NCBI GenBank assembly: GCA_049324835.1
Contig: JBMOMT010000055.1
Location: forward strand, 100,549-164,548
DNA length: 64,000 nt
Direction of reading: 5' to 3'
From: Chloroflexota bacterium
GTDB taxonomy: Bacteria; Chloroflexota; Anaerolineae; CAYNKW01
A model generated the notes under the pieces. The model was not told the origin of the DNA. It saw only the letters and a list, made by a program, of their open reading frames with translations, and made no database searches. The translations under genes were made by a program, and so were the position numbers. This document shows, in pieces, positions 20,369 through 30,324 of the stretch (position 1 is its first letter; each line of letters begins with the position of its first letter).

Positions 20369-22144
20369 TCAACGCCGCCCAAACTCGCGCTCCAATTGCA
20401 GCCGGCTGAGATGGATCGTCGTCGGTCGCCCGTGAGGGCAGGTGCGAGGCATGGCTGTGGCCTCCAACTGGCGCACCAATTCGCGCATCTCGTCCAGGGA
20501 GAGCGTCTGACCGGCCTTGACCGCCGCCTGTTTGCACACGCTGGCGATGATGCGCTCCTCCGTTTCCCGCTGCAGCGGCTGCCGGCCGGCCACAGCTTCC
20601 TCCAGCACACCGATCAACGCCTGCCGCGGCTCCCGATCGGCGCGTATACCCTGCAGCAGCATGGCCGGCACCGCCCGCAGCAAAAAAGCCTGGCCGCCGA
20701 AAGGCTCCACCTGAAAACCCAGCTCCACCAACAGATCGTGATGCGCCTCCAGAACCGTGACCAGGTCGGGCGGCAATTCGAGTATCAGCGGCTCCAGCAG
20801 AGACTGCGAGGTCACCTGAGCCGCGGCTTTCTGGGCCATCGTCTGCTCGTACAACACCCGCTCGTGGGCAGCGTGCTGATCCAGCAGGTAAAGCCCTTCC
20901 GGTCCCTCAGCAATGATGTACATCTGGGCCACCTGGCCCAGCACTCGCAGCGGCGGCAGGCGGCGTGGGGCCTCGAAGCCCAGAGGCCCTGCCTCTGTAG
21001 CCTCCTCAGTGGGAGACGTACGCTGCACATCCAGGGCCAGTTGGGCGCTCTGGCGACCAACGCTCACCAGCGCCTGGCGGCGCTCCCAGCGGCCATCCTG
21101 CCCTGTCGATGCCCAGCCACCCACCTGGGGAATAGGGGCCTGATCGGCCAGCGCCCGCCGCACAGCCCGCTGCACGGCCTGAAAGACCGCGTTCGGCTCG
21201 CGGAATTTGATCTCACTTTTGGCCGGGTGGACGTTTACGTCCACCAGCGCCGGATCGAGCTCGATTTTGAGCACGGCCACCGGCGAGCGACCCACCGGCA
21301 GTAGGGTGTGATAGGCCTGTTGCAGCGCGTGGCCCAACATTCGATCTTGGATCCAGCGTCCGTTGACGAACAGGATCATCTGATCTCGGCCAGCGCGGTG
21401 CAGCGATGGCGCGCCCACGTAACCATAGACGCTCACCTGGTCTGCGATATCGTTTCCCGCAGCAGGCAAGGGGGTCACCTCCAGCATCTGCCGCGCCACC
21501 TCCAGGCCGTAAACCCGCGTCAACACGTCGGGCAGGTGACCGCTGCCGGTGGTCTGAAAGGTGAGCCGGCCATCGTGTGTCAGGCTGAAACGCTGCTCCG
21601 GATAGGCCAGAGCATAACAGGTGATCAGCGCGTCGATGTGTCGCCGCTCGGTGGCATCGGTGCGTAGAAACTTGAGGCGGACCGGGACGCTGGCAAAGAG
21701 GTTTTCGACGGTGATGATGGCGCCGACCGGCGCGCCCCGTCCCTCGCGGTGGGTGATGCGGCCATCGGTCAACCGCACCTGCGTGCCCACCGGCTCATCG
21801 GCAGTGCGGCTGAGCAGCGTCACCTGGGCCACGGCAGCGATACTGGCCAACGCCTCACCCCGGAAACCCAACGTGCGGATGCGAGACAGATCGTCCACGC
21901 CGGTGATCTTGCTGGTGGCGTGGCGGGCAAAGGCCAGCGCCACCTCGTCAGACGGGATGCCCGCGCCGTTGTCGGCCACGCGGATGAGACGTTTACCGCC
22001 CTCACGGATCTCGACCCTGATCTCGGTTGCGCCGGCGTCGAGACTGTTTTCCAGCAGCTCTTTTACCACCGAGGCCGGGCGCTCCACCACCTCGCCGGCG
22101 GCGATCTTGGCGGCTACCTCGTCCGGCAGAATTCGAATGGGCAT
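20369..22144 (-). CDS. mutL: DNA mismatch repair endonuclease MutL
   Basis: IAAGEVVERPASVVKELLENSLDAGA, GFRGEAL, DQHAAHER, CPHGRP. Confidence 0.97.
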   Translation of the reverse strand: MPIRILPDEVAAKIAAGEVVERPASVVKELLENSLDAGATEIRVEIREGGKRLIRVADNGAGIPSDEVALAFARHATSKITGVDDLSRIRTLGFRGEALASIAAVAQVTLLSRTADEPVGTQVRLTDGRITHREGRGAPVGAIITVENLFASVPVRLKFLRTDATERRHIDALITCYALAYPEQRFSLTHDGRLTFQTTGSGHLPDVLTRVYGLEVARQMLEVTPLPAAGNDIADQVSVYGYVGAPSLHRAGRDQMILFVNGRWIQDRMLGHALQQAYHTLLPVGRSPVAVLKIELDPALVDVNVHPAKSEIKFREPNAVFQAVQRAVRRALADQAPIPQVGGWASTGQDGRWERRQALVSVGRQSAQLALDVQRTSPTEEATEAGPLGFEAPRRLPPLRVLGQVAQMYIIAEGPEGLYLLDQHAAHERVLYEQTMAQKAAAQVTSQSLLEPLILELPPDLVTVLEAHHDLLVELGFQVEPFGGQAFLLRAVPAMLLQGIRADREPRQALIGVLEEAVAGRQPLQRETEERIIASVCKQAAVKAGQTLSLDEMRELVRQLEATAMPRTCPHGRPTTIHLSRLQLEREFGRR

Positions 22145-22402
22145 TGACAGTCCTCTGGCTTCACACCATCGACGAAAAAAGTCACCGCTCAGGCACAAGG
22201 CGCGACGCACCTGTTCACTGGATCAACCTGATGGCAGGCCAAAAGTGCGTCGCACCTGAGCAGGACGAAACAGAACGATCCGGGTCACACACTGGCATTG
22301 TACTCCAAAAGCCACGCAGAGGCAAACGATTTATGAAATTCAGTGGCGAAAGTGACGCGCACCTTGGATGCTCATGATGCCTCCTGTTCAAAACACGATC
22401 GC

Positions 22403-23572
22403 TCAAACCTGATTCAACGCGGCGTCGAGGGCCTCGTTGATCGAGGGATAGACCGGCGCGCCGCAGGCAGCCAGAGCCGCCGCCTTAATCCCGCCGGCTG
22501 CGGCGATGCCGTAGGGCCGCCGCTCGACTGTCAGGCCCGCCCCGCGCAGCGCTTCGACGGCGTGGGCCACGGCTTCCAGCCCGCCGGGCGTGTCCTCGAA
22601 AACGTGAACCCGGACCCCGCCCAGATCGGACAGCGGCGGGTGCAGGCTGCCGTCGCGGCACAGCGCCAGCGCCGCCTCCAGGGCCGCCGCCTCCTGGCCC
22701 GACCAGGCCGCCCCCATCGCCGCCAGCGCCTGCACCGGCGAGGGCTTGACCAGCCGTTCGACCCGATCACCCGACCGGTGGGCCAGCCAGCGCATCCGGC
22801 CCATGCCGATCAGGGGCCAGCCAGCGAGCCCGGCCAGCGAGCGGGCCATCTCGGCCTCCGGCGGATCGCCGTTCGCCAGAGCATCGACCTCTGCCGGGGG
22901 CAGGCTGGGGCGGGCGGTGTACAGAGCGACGCGAACCCTGCCCCGCGCCGCGATCTCTTCCAGGCGGCCGCGGGCGGCGACGCTGAGGAGTGGGCGGTCG
23001 TGCTCGCGGAGGTAGGCAGTGCTTTCGAAATCCGGGGCAACGGCGTAGGTTTCGGCCACCGCCCGGCTGCCGACGGCCAGGTGCTGAAAGTATCGCGTCA
23101 CCGGCGCGCGGTGAAAATCGTGGGTGTGATCGAGGAGCGTTTTCAGCAGCGCCTCCAGCGCGTCGACGCGCCGCCCCTCCTGCCACAGGGCGGCGCGGGC
23201 CGCCCCGGCGGGGGTGCTGCCTTCCCCCAGCCGGGCGCCGATGCGCCGCGCCCAGGCCCCATAATCCGGATGGGGCAGCGGCTGCGGGTGCCTGCCCAGA
23301 AAGGCGAGCGCCTCGGGCCAGCGCGCCGGCAGCCCGGAAAGCCGCGCCCGGCGCAGTCGCTCCACCAGCAGCACGCCGACGCAGGCCGCGCCCGAGTCCC
23401 ACTCGGAAATCAGCCCGTTGGCTTCAAAGGCGCGCACCTCCTCCTCGGTGGGCGGATGCTGGCCCACACCCAGCCGCCGGGAAAAGTGGGCCACCGTGTC
23501 CTGCAGGGCCTTCAGGTAGCCCCGCGCGTCCACCAGCACGCCGTCCACATCGAACAGCAGCAAATGAATCAT
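22403..23572 (-). CDS. HAD-superfamily hydrolase, last gene of the his operon
   Basis: Motif I LLFDVDGVLVD, LYTAR, KPSP, FEDTPGG; overlaps the hisE stop. Confidence 0.8.
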   Translation of the reverse strand: MIHLLLFDVDGVLVDARGYLKALQDTVAHFSRRLGVGQHPPTEEEVRAFEANGLISEWDSGAACVGVLLVERLRRARLSGLPARWPEALAFLGRHPQPLPHPDYGAWARRIGARLGEGSTPAGAARAALWQEGRRVDALEALLKTLLDHTHDFHRAPVTRYFQHLAVGSRAVAETYAVAPDFESTAYLREHDRPLLSVAARGRLEEIAARGRVRVALYTARPSLPPAEVDALANGDPPEAEMARSLAGLAGWPLIGMGRMRWLAHRSGDRVERLVKPSPVQALAAMGAAWSGQEAAALEAALALCRDGSLHPPLSDLGGVRVHVFEDTPGGLEAVAHAVEALRGAGLTVERRPYGIAAAGGIKAAALAACGAPVYPSINEALDAALNQV

Positions 23573-23850
23573 CGCCGCCTCCGGGCCAGCTCCACCTCCA
23601 CCTGCGCCAGCGTCAGGCCGCGAGCGGCCAGCAGCACCAGCAGGTGGTAAAACAGATCGGCCACCTCGGCCAGGAGCCGGTCGTCGCCCTGGCCCTTGGC
23701 GGCCAGGATCACCTCCATGGCCTCCTCACCCACCTTTTTGAGGATCTCGTCCTCGCCGGCCTCGAACAGGCGGACGGTGTAGGAACCGGGGCGGGGATGG
23801 GTCTGGCGATCCAGGATGGTGGTAAAAAGGGTTTGCAGCACCTCGCTCAT
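23569..23850 (-). CDS. hisE: Phosphoribosyl-ATP pyrophosphohydrolase
   Basis: [21 protein letters not shown]. Confidence 0.95.
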   Translation of the reverse strand: MSEVLQTLFTTILDRQTHPRPGSYTVRLFEAGEDEILKKVGEEAMEVILAAKGQGDDRLLAEVADLFYHLLVLLAARGLTLAQVEVELARRRR

Positions 23851-24167
23851 TCGATCCACCTCCGATAGAAACAACTCGTTTGGCCGGTGTGACAGGCCGG
23901 CCCGGCGGGATCGACCTGCAGCAGGAGGGTGTCGGCGTCGCAGTCGACCCAGATCTCTCGCACCCGCATCACGTTGCCCGAGGTGGCCCCCTTGCGCCAC
24001 AGCTCCCGGCGGCTGCGGCTCCAAAAGTGGGCCTGGCCCGTCTCGCGGGTGCGCTGCAGCGCCTCCTCGTTCATCCAGGCCACCATCAGCACCCGATGGG
24101 TGGCGGCGTCTTGCACCACAGCGGCGACGAGGCCGCGGTCGTCGAACTTGATCGGCTCATTCGGCAT
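23847..24167 (-). CDS. hisI: Phosphoribosyl-AMP cyclohydrolase
   Basis: [29 protein letters not shown]. Confidence 0.95.
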   Translation of the reverse strand: MPNEPIKFDDRGLVAAVVQDAATHRVLMVAWMNEEALQRTRETGQAHFWSRSRRELWRKGATSGNVMRVREIWVDCDADTLLLQVDPAGPACHTGQTSCFYRRWIE

Positions 24168-24942
24168 CGGGCCCCTCACTTTGCCGCACCAGAACGTCCT
24201 GCGAGGCCAGGTAACGCTTGACCTGGCCGACGCTCAAGACGCGGTCGTGAAAGAGAGAGGCCGCCAGGGCGGCGTCGGCTTTGCCCCCGGTGAGGACCCC
24301 GGCAAAGTGGACCAGCGCGCCCGCCCCACCGCTGGCGATGACCGGCACGGGCGCTGCTTCGGCCACGGCGCGGGTCAGGGCCAGGTCGTAACCGGCCAGG
24401 GTGCCGTCGGCGTCCATGCTGGTGAGTAGCACCTCCCCGGCGCCCAGCGCCACGGCGCGCCCCACCCATTCCAGGGCGTCCAAGCCCGTGGGCGTGCGCC
24501 CGCCACGGACATAGACCTCCCAGCGCGGCGGGTTCCCGGCCACGCGTCTGGCATCGACGGCGACGACGACACACTGGCTGCCGAAACGCTCGGCGGCGGC
24601 GGTGAGGAGGTGAGGGTTTTGCACGGCAGCCGTGTTGATGCTCACCTTGTCGGCGCCGGCCAGCAGCAGCGTGCGCACGTCATCCACCGTCCGCACGCCG
24701 CCGCCGACGGTGAAGGGCATGAATACCTGCTCGGCCACCCGACGCACTATCCCCACCGTGGTGGCGTGCCCCTCGGGCGTGGCCGAGATGTCCAAAAAAA
24801 CCAGTTCGTCAGCCCCCTCGGTGTCGTAATGGCGGGCGTGGGCCACGGGATCACCGGCGTCGCGCAGCCCGACGAAATTCACGCCTTTGACCACTCGCCC
24901 CTCCTTGACGTCGAGGCAGGGGATGATCCGTTTAGCCAGCAT
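24157..24942 (-). CDS. hisF: Imidazole glycerol phosphate synthase, cyclase subunit
   Basis: [32 protein letters not shown]. Confidence 0.97.
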   Translation of the reverse strand: MLAKRIIPCLDVKEGRVVKGVNFVGLRDAGDPVAHARHYDTEGADELVFLDISATPEGHATTVGIVRRVAEQVFMPFTVGGGVRTVDDVRTLLLAGADKVSINTAAVQNPHLLTAAAERFGSQCVVVAVDARRVAGNPPRWEVYVRGGRTPTGLDALEWVGRAVALGAGEVLLTSMDADGTLAGYDLALTRAVAEAAPVPVIASGGAGALVHFAGVLTGGKADAALAASLFHDRVLSVGQVKRYLASQDVLVRQSEGPDAE

Positions 24943-25681
24943 CTTTTCTCCTCTCTTTTCGACCCACCTGAAGGGCCGCCTCCAGCCCGATCTCTCCCTC
25001 GTAGAGGGCGCGGCCGATGATGGCGCCGCTCAGACCGGCCCGGTAGGCCCGCGCCACGTCGTCCAGGCTGGAGACGCCGCCGGAGGCGATGACCTGCCCG
25101 CCGGTCGAGCGGGCCAGCTCGACGGTGGCATCCAGGTTGAGGCCGCTGCCCATGCCGTCGCGGGCGACGTCGGTAAAGATGAACCAGCGCACGCCCCGGT
25201 CGGCCCACCGGCGGGCCAGCTCCAGGGCGGTCGTCGAGGCGGTCTGCTGCCAGCCGTGGGTGCGCACCCGGCCGCGGCGGGCGTCGATGCCCACGGCCAC
25301 CCGCTCCGGCCCGAATTCGGCCAGGGCCGCCTCCACCAGGGCCGGGTTTTCGACCGCCGCCGTGCCGATGACGGCGCGGCTCACGCCCAGATTCAGCGCC
25401 CGCCGGACGTCGGCCAGGTGGCGCATCCCGCCGCCGAATTGCACCCTGGGGCCGGCGGTGAGGATGCGCGCCAGGGCGGCCTGGTTCTCCTGGCCCGCTT
25501 CGTCGAAGGCGCCATCCAGGTTGACCACGTGGAGCCAGGTCGCTCCGGCGTCGGTCCAGTGACGGGCCACGCGCAGGGGATCGCTGGTGTACTCGGTTTC
25601 CCGATGGGGATCGCCCTGCCTGAGCCGCACCACGCGCCCGCGGCGGAGGTCGATGGCGGGGTAGATATCCCAGGTTTTCAT
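24932..25681 (-). CDS. hisA: ProFAR isomerase
   Basis: [35 protein letters not shown]. Confidence 0.95.
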   Translation of the reverse strand: MKTWDIYPAIDLRRGRVVRLRQGDPHRETEYTSDPLRVARHWTDAGATWLHVVNLDGAFDEAGQENQAALARILTAGPRVQFGGGMRHLADVRRALNLGVSRAVIGTAAVENPALVEAALAEFGPERVAVGIDARRGRVRTHGWQQTASTTALELARRWADRGVRWFIFTDVARDGMGSGLNLDATVELARSTGGQVIASGGVSSLDDVARAYRAGLSGAIIGRALYEGEIGLEAALQVGRKERRKDAG

Positions 25682-26478
25682 GTTTGGCCCTCCACAAAGT
25701 TGCTCAGGATCTGCAGCCCCACGCGCTGGCTTTTTTCCGGGTGAAATTGAACGCCCAGCAGGTTCGCCTGCCCAACGACGGCGGGAAAGGGATCGCCATA
25801 GTCGGCGACGGCCAGGGTGTGCGCCGGGCGGGCCCGGCAGACGTAGGCGTGGTTGAAATAAGCCCACGCGCCGGGCGGCAGATGGGCCAGCAGAGGATGC
25901 GGGCGCGCCGGTTCGATCTGGTTCCAGCCGGTGTGGGGGATCTTGAGGCCGCGCGCCGCCAGATCGGCGGGAAAGCGGGTCACCCGGCCCGGCAGCAGGC
26001 CCAGGCCGGCGTGGCGGCCCAGCTCCTCGCCCTCCTCGAACAGCACCTGCATGCCGACGCAGATGCCCAGCAGCGGCACGCCCGCTTCGACAGCCCGGCG
26101 CAGCGGCTCGACCAGGCCCAGGCGACGGAGGCCGTCCATACAGTCGCCAAAGGCCCCCACTCCCGGCAGCACGATCTTGGCCGCACCGGCCAGGGCGGCC
26201 GGCTCGCGGACGCGGCGCACGCGGGCGCCGACGGCTTCCAGGGCCTTGTGCACCGAGCAGACGTTGCCGGCCCCATAGTCTATCAGGGCAATGGGGTCAA
26301 CGGAGGGGTCAACGGATGGAACGGATGGAACGGAGGGGTCAACGGAGGGGTCAACGGAGGGGTCAACGGATGGAACGGATTTAACGGATGCAACGGATGC
26401 AACGGATGCAACGGATGGAACGGATGGAACGGATGGAGCGGATGGAGCGGATGGAGCGGAGGAGGGTTTCGGGTTCAT
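25678..26478 (-). CDS. hisH: Imidazole glycerol phosphate synthase, glutamine amidotransferase subunit, with ~62-aa repeat-derived N-terminal extension
   Basis: [28 protein letters not shown]; ATG overlaps the hisB stop; (P/A)SV and DPSV repeats precede the domain. Confidence 0.95.
   Translation of the reverse strand: MNPKPSSAPSAPSAPSVPSVPSVASVASVASVKSVPSVDPSVDPSVDPSVPSVPSVDPSVDPIALIDYGAGNVCSVHKALEAVGARVRRVREPAALAGAAKIVLPGVGAFGDCMDGLRRLGLVEPLRRAVEAGVPLLGICVGMQVLFEEGEELGRHAGLGLLPGRVTRFPADLAARGLKIPHTGWNQIEPARPHPLLAHLPPGAWAYFNHAYVCRARPAHTLAVADYGDPFPAVVGQANLLGVQFHPEKSQRVGLQILSNFVEGQT
26299..26463. repeat. Tandem array C: 17 units of 9/12 bp (AACGGATGG/AACGGATGC/AGCGGATGG/AACGGAGGGGTC) in the hisH 5' end
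   Basis: Counted directly from the sequence. Confidence 0.95.
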
Positions 26479-27062
26479 AGCACCCCCTTTGTGGAAGGCA
26501 CAGCGCCGCCGCGGCGCGGGTCGAGGCGGGTGGCGGCGTCGAGGGCGCGGCCCAGCGCCTTGAACAGCGCCTCGGCGAGGTGGTGATCGTCGCGCCCGTA
26601 GAGCAGCCGGGCGTGGACGTTGGCCCGGGCGGCGGCGGCAAAGGATTCGAAAAAGTGAGCGAACAGCGTCACCGGCAGCCCGCCGACCGATGGGCCGCTC
26701 CAGGTCACGTCGGTCACGGCGTAGGGGCGACCAGAGAGGTCCACGGCGACAAAGGCCAGCGACTCGTCCATGGGCGCGTAGGCCGCGCCCATGCGCACGA
26801 TGCCGGCGCGGTCGCCCAGGGCCTGGTCAAAAGCCCCGCCCAGAGTCAGCGCCACGTCTTCGATGGTGTGGTGGGTATCGACGTGCAGGTCGCCGGCTGC
26901 GGCAACGGTCAGATCGAACAGGCCGTGGACGGCCAGGTGGGCCAGCATGTGATCGAAAAAACCGATGCCGGTCTCGATCTGGCAGCTTCCGGCGCCGTCC
27001 AGGTGCAGGTGAATCTCGACGTCGGTCTCGCGGGTCTGGCGGTGAATTTTGGCCTGTCGCAT
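26475..27062 (-). CDS. hisB: Imidazoleglycerol-phosphate dehydratase (monofunctional)
   Basis: [31 protein letters not shown]; no N-terminal phosphatase domain. Confidence 0.97.
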   Translation of the reverse strand: MRQAKIHRQTRETDVEIHLHLDGAGSCQIETGIGFFDHMLAHLAVHGLFDLTVAAAGDLHVDTHHTIEDVALTLGGAFDQALGDRAGIVRMGAAYAPMDESLAFVAVDLSGRPYAVTDVTWSGPSVGGLPVTLFAHFFESFAAAARANVHARLLYGRDDHHLAEALFKALGRALDAATRLDPRRGGAVPSTKGVL

Positions 27063-27063
27063 G

Positions 27064-28320
27064 TCACACCCTCCTCAGCGCGTCGATGAGCGCGTCCGTT
27101 TGCTCCGGGCGGCCCACGGTGATCCGGATGTGATCGCGCAGCCCGGGTTTGTCAAAATAGCGCACCAGAATGCCCTCCCGCTCCAGCGCCAGCTTGAGCT
27201 CCCGCGCCTCGCGTCCGATCACCCGGCAGAGCAGGAAATTGGCCCGCGAGGGATAGGGTTGTAGATAGGGCAGCCCGGCCAGCCGCCGCGCCAGCCGGTT
27301 CCGCTCGGCAACGATACGCTCCACCTTGTCGGCCAGCCAGTCGCGATCCTGGAGGGCGGCGAGGGCCGCCGCCGAGGCTGCCACCGAGACGTTGTAGGGC
27401 TGTTTGATCTTCCACAGATGGGGCATCAGCCGGGCCGGAAAGGCGCCGTAGCCAACGCGCAGCCCGGCCAGACCGGCCCATTTGCTAAAGGTGCGCAGCA
27501 CGATGAGATTCTCGTGCCGGGCAACCCGGCCGATGCGGCTGGCCCCTGGCCCGGCAAACTCGATGTAGGCCTCGTCCAGAACGACGATCAGCGGCAGGGT
27601 GAGCAGCCGCTCCAGGTGAGCGCCGGGCAGCCAGCCGCCATCGGGGTTGTTGGGGCTGGTCACAAAGAGAAGCCGGGGCCGGTGCGCCGCGACGGCCTCC
27701 ACCACAGCGTCCAGGTCCAGGGCAAAATCGGGGCGGCGCGGCGCCGAAACGACCCTCGCGCCGGCCAGGGCGGCGGCAAAGGCGTACATACCAAAGGTGG
27801 GCGGGCAGTCGAGCACCGCGTCGCCGGGGCGGAGAAAGAGACGCATCGTCAGGTCGATCAACTCGTCGGCGCCGGCGCTGGCCAGCAGCAGCCCGGCGGG
27901 GAGGCCGGTCAGATCGGCCAGGGCAGCCCGCAGGGCGCGGCTTTCCGGGTCGGGGTAAACGTGGGCGAAGGGCAGAGCGGCCAGGGCGGCCTGCACCCGG
28001 GGCGGCGGGCCGTAGGGGTTCTCGTTGGCGTCCAGCTTGACGATCTCTTCCGGCGAGCGGCCCAGGCGTGCGGCCAGGACGTCGAGGGGGTAGATGGGCT
28101 GGTAGGGCTCCATCGCGGCGATGTCGGGACGCACCAGGTCAACGGAAGGGTCAACGGATGGAACGGAAGGGTCAACGGAAGGGTCAACGGATGGAACGGA
28201 TGGAACGGAAGGGTCAACGGAAGGGTCAACGGAAGGGTCAACGGAAGGGTCAACGGATGGAACGGATGGAACGGAAGGGTCAACGGAAGGGTCAACGGAT
28301 GGAACGGATGATGTTTTCAT
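27064..28320 (-). CDS. hisC: Histidinol-phosphate aminotransferase with ~60-aa repeat-derived N-terminal extension
   Basis: [34 protein letters not shown]; ATG overlaps the GxxExxY stop. Confidence 0.95.
   Translation of the reverse strand: MKTSSVPSVDPSVDPSVPSVPSVDPSVDPSVDPSVDPSVPSVPSVDPSVDPSVPSVDPSVDLVRPDIAAMEPYQPIYPLDVLAARLGRSPEEIVKLDANENPYGPPPRVQAALAALPFAHVYPDPESRALRAALADLTGLPAGLLLASAGADELIDLTMRLFLRPGDAVLDCPPTFGMYAFAAALAGARVVSAPRRPDFALDLDAVVEAVAAHRPRLLFVTSPNNPDGGWLPGAHLERLLTLPLIVVLDEAYIEFAGPGASRIGRVARHENLIVLRTFSKWAGLAGLRVGYGAFPARLMPHLWKIKQPYNVSVAASAAALAALQDRDWLADKVERIVAERNRLARRLAGLPYLQPYPSRANFLLCRVIGREARELKLALEREGILVRYFDKPGLRDHIRITVGRPEQTDALIDALRRV
28141..28311. repeat. Tandem array A: 16 units (9x AACGGAAGGGTC, 7x AACGGATGG-type) in the hisC 5' end
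   Basis: Counted directly from the sequence. Confidence 0.95.
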
Positions 28321-28787
28321 GGTTTTTCCTTTCTTTGGTTCCGTGCAAGCCAGGCGGGTTTCCAGGCGTCACGGCGGCGGCAGTAGGGTTCGCTCTCCTG
28401 GACGCGGCCGGGGGGGAATATACGTTTCTTTTGCAGCCGCTGGCATCCAAAATTGAGCAGCAGGCCCACCTCGCGCCCGGTGGCGGTGAGGTAGGAGATG
28501 ATCTGCTGCTCATGCCTGGCATCGAGTTCCTCCAAAGCCTTGAGTTCGACGACCAGTGCTTCGTCCACCAACACATCGAGACGAAACTCTCCCACAGGTC
28601 GACCGCGAAACTCGGCCATGAACGTCACTTCTTTGGCAGCAGGCAAGCCACGATCGCTGAGGGCGATCATCAATGCCTCGTGGTACACCTTTTCCGGAAA
28701 CCCGGGCCCCAGCTCTGTGTGCACCTCCATCGCCGCGCCGATCACGGCATACGAAAGCTCGTCGTAAATCGTACTGACCTTGCTCAC
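28317..28787 (-). CDS. GxxExxY protein (PD-(D/E)XK_3 nuclease-like family)
   Basis: [20 protein letters not shown] (GxxExxY), RLDVLVD...VVELKA, QIISYL...GLLLNFG; SD GGAGG before the GTG start. Confidence 0.93.
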   Translation of the reverse strand: MSKVSTIYDELSYAVIGAAMEVHTELGPGFPEKVYHEALMIALSDRGLPAAKEVTFMAEFRGRPVGEFRLDVLVDEALVVELKALEELDARHEQQIISYLTATGREVGLLLNFGCQRLQKKRIFPPGRVQESEPYCRRRDAWKPAWLARNQRKEKP

Positions 28788-28788
28788 T

Positions 28789-30324
28789 TTACCCTCCTTC
28801 GGTTCCTATGTTATCTGTGCCATTCACCCTATCCGTTTCATCCGCTCTTTCCGTTCTATCCGTTGACACCGTTTCATCCGTTGACACCGTTTCATCCGTT
28901 GACACCGTTCTATCCGTTCTATCCGTTGATTCCGTTCTATCCGTTCTATCCGTTCTATCCGTTGATTCCGTTCTATCCGTTGACACCCTCTTTTCCGCCG
29001 CTGCGGTGTGGGCGGTGAGCGATTCGGCGCGCGCCAGACGGCAGGCCGCCGCAGAGAGCCGGGCGGCGGTACTGGCGTCCAGGGCCACGACGCTGACGAT
29101 CTTGACGAAATCCAGCACGTTGACCGGCGAGGAAAAGCGGGCCGTGCCGCCAGTGGGCATCACGTGGCTCGGCCCGGCGACGTAATCGCCCAGCACCTCG
29201 AACGAGTGCTCGCCCAGAAAAACCCCGCCCGCGCTGCGGATCCGTTCCGCCCAGGCCGCCGGATCGCGGACGGACAGGCAGAGATGCTCCGGGGCAAAAT
29301 CGTCGGCCAGGCGCACGGCGGTCTCAAGATCCGGCGTGAGCACGATGCCGCCCTGCCCGGCCAACGAGGCGGCGGCGATCTCGGCGCGGCTGAGGGTCTC
29401 CAATTGCTGCGCCACCTCGACCTGCACGGCGCCGGCCAGGGCGCGCGACGGCGTGAGCAGGATCGCCGTCGCCAGCACGTCGTGCTCGGCCTGGGCCAGC
29501 AAATCGGCGGCCACCCAGGCGGGATTGGCCGCATCGTCGGCCACCACCACCGTCTCTGTCGGGCCGTACAGCCCGTCGAGCCCCACCAGGCCGTAGACCT
29601 GCCGTTTGGCCAGGGTGGTAAAGAGGCCGCCCGCGCCCACGATCTTGTCCACGCGGGGGACAGTCGTGGTGCCGTAGGCCATAGCGGCCACCGCCTGCGC
29701 GCCGCCCAGGCAAAAGAGCCGGTCCACCCCGGCGATGTGAGCCGCCGCCAGGGTGGCCTCGGGCACGCGCCCGTCGCGGCGGGCGGGCGGCGTGCAGACG
29801 ATCACCTCGTCGACGCCGGCCACCCGCGCCGGGATCACGGTCATGAGCAGCGACGAGGGCAGCGGCGCTGTGCCGCCGGGCACATAGACGCCCACCCGCC
29901 GCAGGGGCACCATCCGCTGGCCCAGCGCGCCCCCCAGCTCGCCGGTGGTCCAAGAATGCAACGGCTGGCGCTGGTGGAAGGCGCGGATGCGGTCGGCGGC
30001 CAGCGTCATCGCTTCGAAAAGATCGGTGGGCAGGTTCTGCTGGGCCACTTGCCAGCTCGCCGGGGGCGCCTCCAGCGCGTCGAGGGTCACGCCGTCCAGA
30101 CGGGCCGTCCAGCGGCGCAAGGCCTCGTCGCCGCGATGGCGCACGTCGGCCAGGATGCTGGCCACGGCCTCCTCCGGCGTCAGGGCCTGGCCAAAGAGGC
30201 GTTGGATGCCGGCCCGCACCGGCTCCGGCACGGGGCCGTCTCCAAAGGCCGGGTCGCGCCGCCGCAAAAGAGTCCGAGCGGCCTCTCGCCAGTCGTCGTG
30301 GATTCTCAAAATCTCAGTGGTCAT
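28789..30324 (-). CDS. hisD: Histidinol dehydrogenase with ~65-aa repeat-derived C-terminal extension
   Basis: GVYVPGG, GPTE, DLLAQAEHD, APEHL, GDYVAGPSHVMPTGGTARF; tail STDRTESTDRTDR... Confidence 0.96.
   Translation of the reverse strand: MTTEILRIHDDWREAARTLLRRRDPAFGDGPVPEPVRAGIQRLFGQALTPEEAVASILADVRHRGDEALRRWTARLDGVTLDALEAPPASWQVAQQNLPTDLFEAMTLAADRIRAFHQRQPLHSWTTGELGGALGQRMVPLRRVGVYVPGGTAPLPSSLLMTVIPARVAGVDEVIVCTPPARRDGRVPEATLAAAHIAGVDRLFCLGGAQAVAAMAYGTTTVPRVDKIVGAGGLFTTLAKRQVYGLVGLDGLYGPTETVVVADDAANPAWVAADLLAQAEHDVLATAILLTPSRALAGAVQVEVAQQLETLSRAEIAAASLAGQGGIVLTPDLETAVRLADDFAPEHLCLSVRDPAAWAERIRSAGGVFLGEHSFEVLGDYVAGPSHVMPTGGTARFSSPVNVLDFVKIVSVVALDASTAARLSAAACRLARAESLTAHTAAAEKRVSTDRTESTDRTDRTDRTESTDRTDRTVSTDETVSTDETVSTDRTERADETDRVNGTDNIGTEGG
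28831..28983. repeat. Tandem array B: 17 x 9-bp units (ATCCGTTCT/ATCCGTTGA/CACCGTTTC variants) in the hisD 3' end, inverted relative to arrays A and C
   Basis: Counted directly; core TCCGTT is the reverse complement of AACGGA. Confidence 0.95.

Noticed and set aside
22202-22254. GCGACGCAC...GTGCGTCGC inverted repeat upstream of mutL
   Set aside because: 9-bp arms with a long loop, single occurrence; cannot distinguish from chance or a weak terminator.
22341-22385. Short ORF MSIQGARHFRH with strong SD AGGAGG after the HAD gene
   Set aside because: Only 11 codons with no recognisable continuation; possibly a remnant, but unsupported.
26299-28983. CRISPR array interpretation of the ACGGA repeats
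   Set aside because: Units are 9-12 bp and directly adjacent, with no unique spacers; no cas genes in the window.
28068-29018. Plus-strand 316-aa ORF with RKGQ and PFYP repeats spanning the GxxExxY cassette
   Set aside because: Open only because the repeats lack stops; antisense to three well-supported genes and no clear SD.
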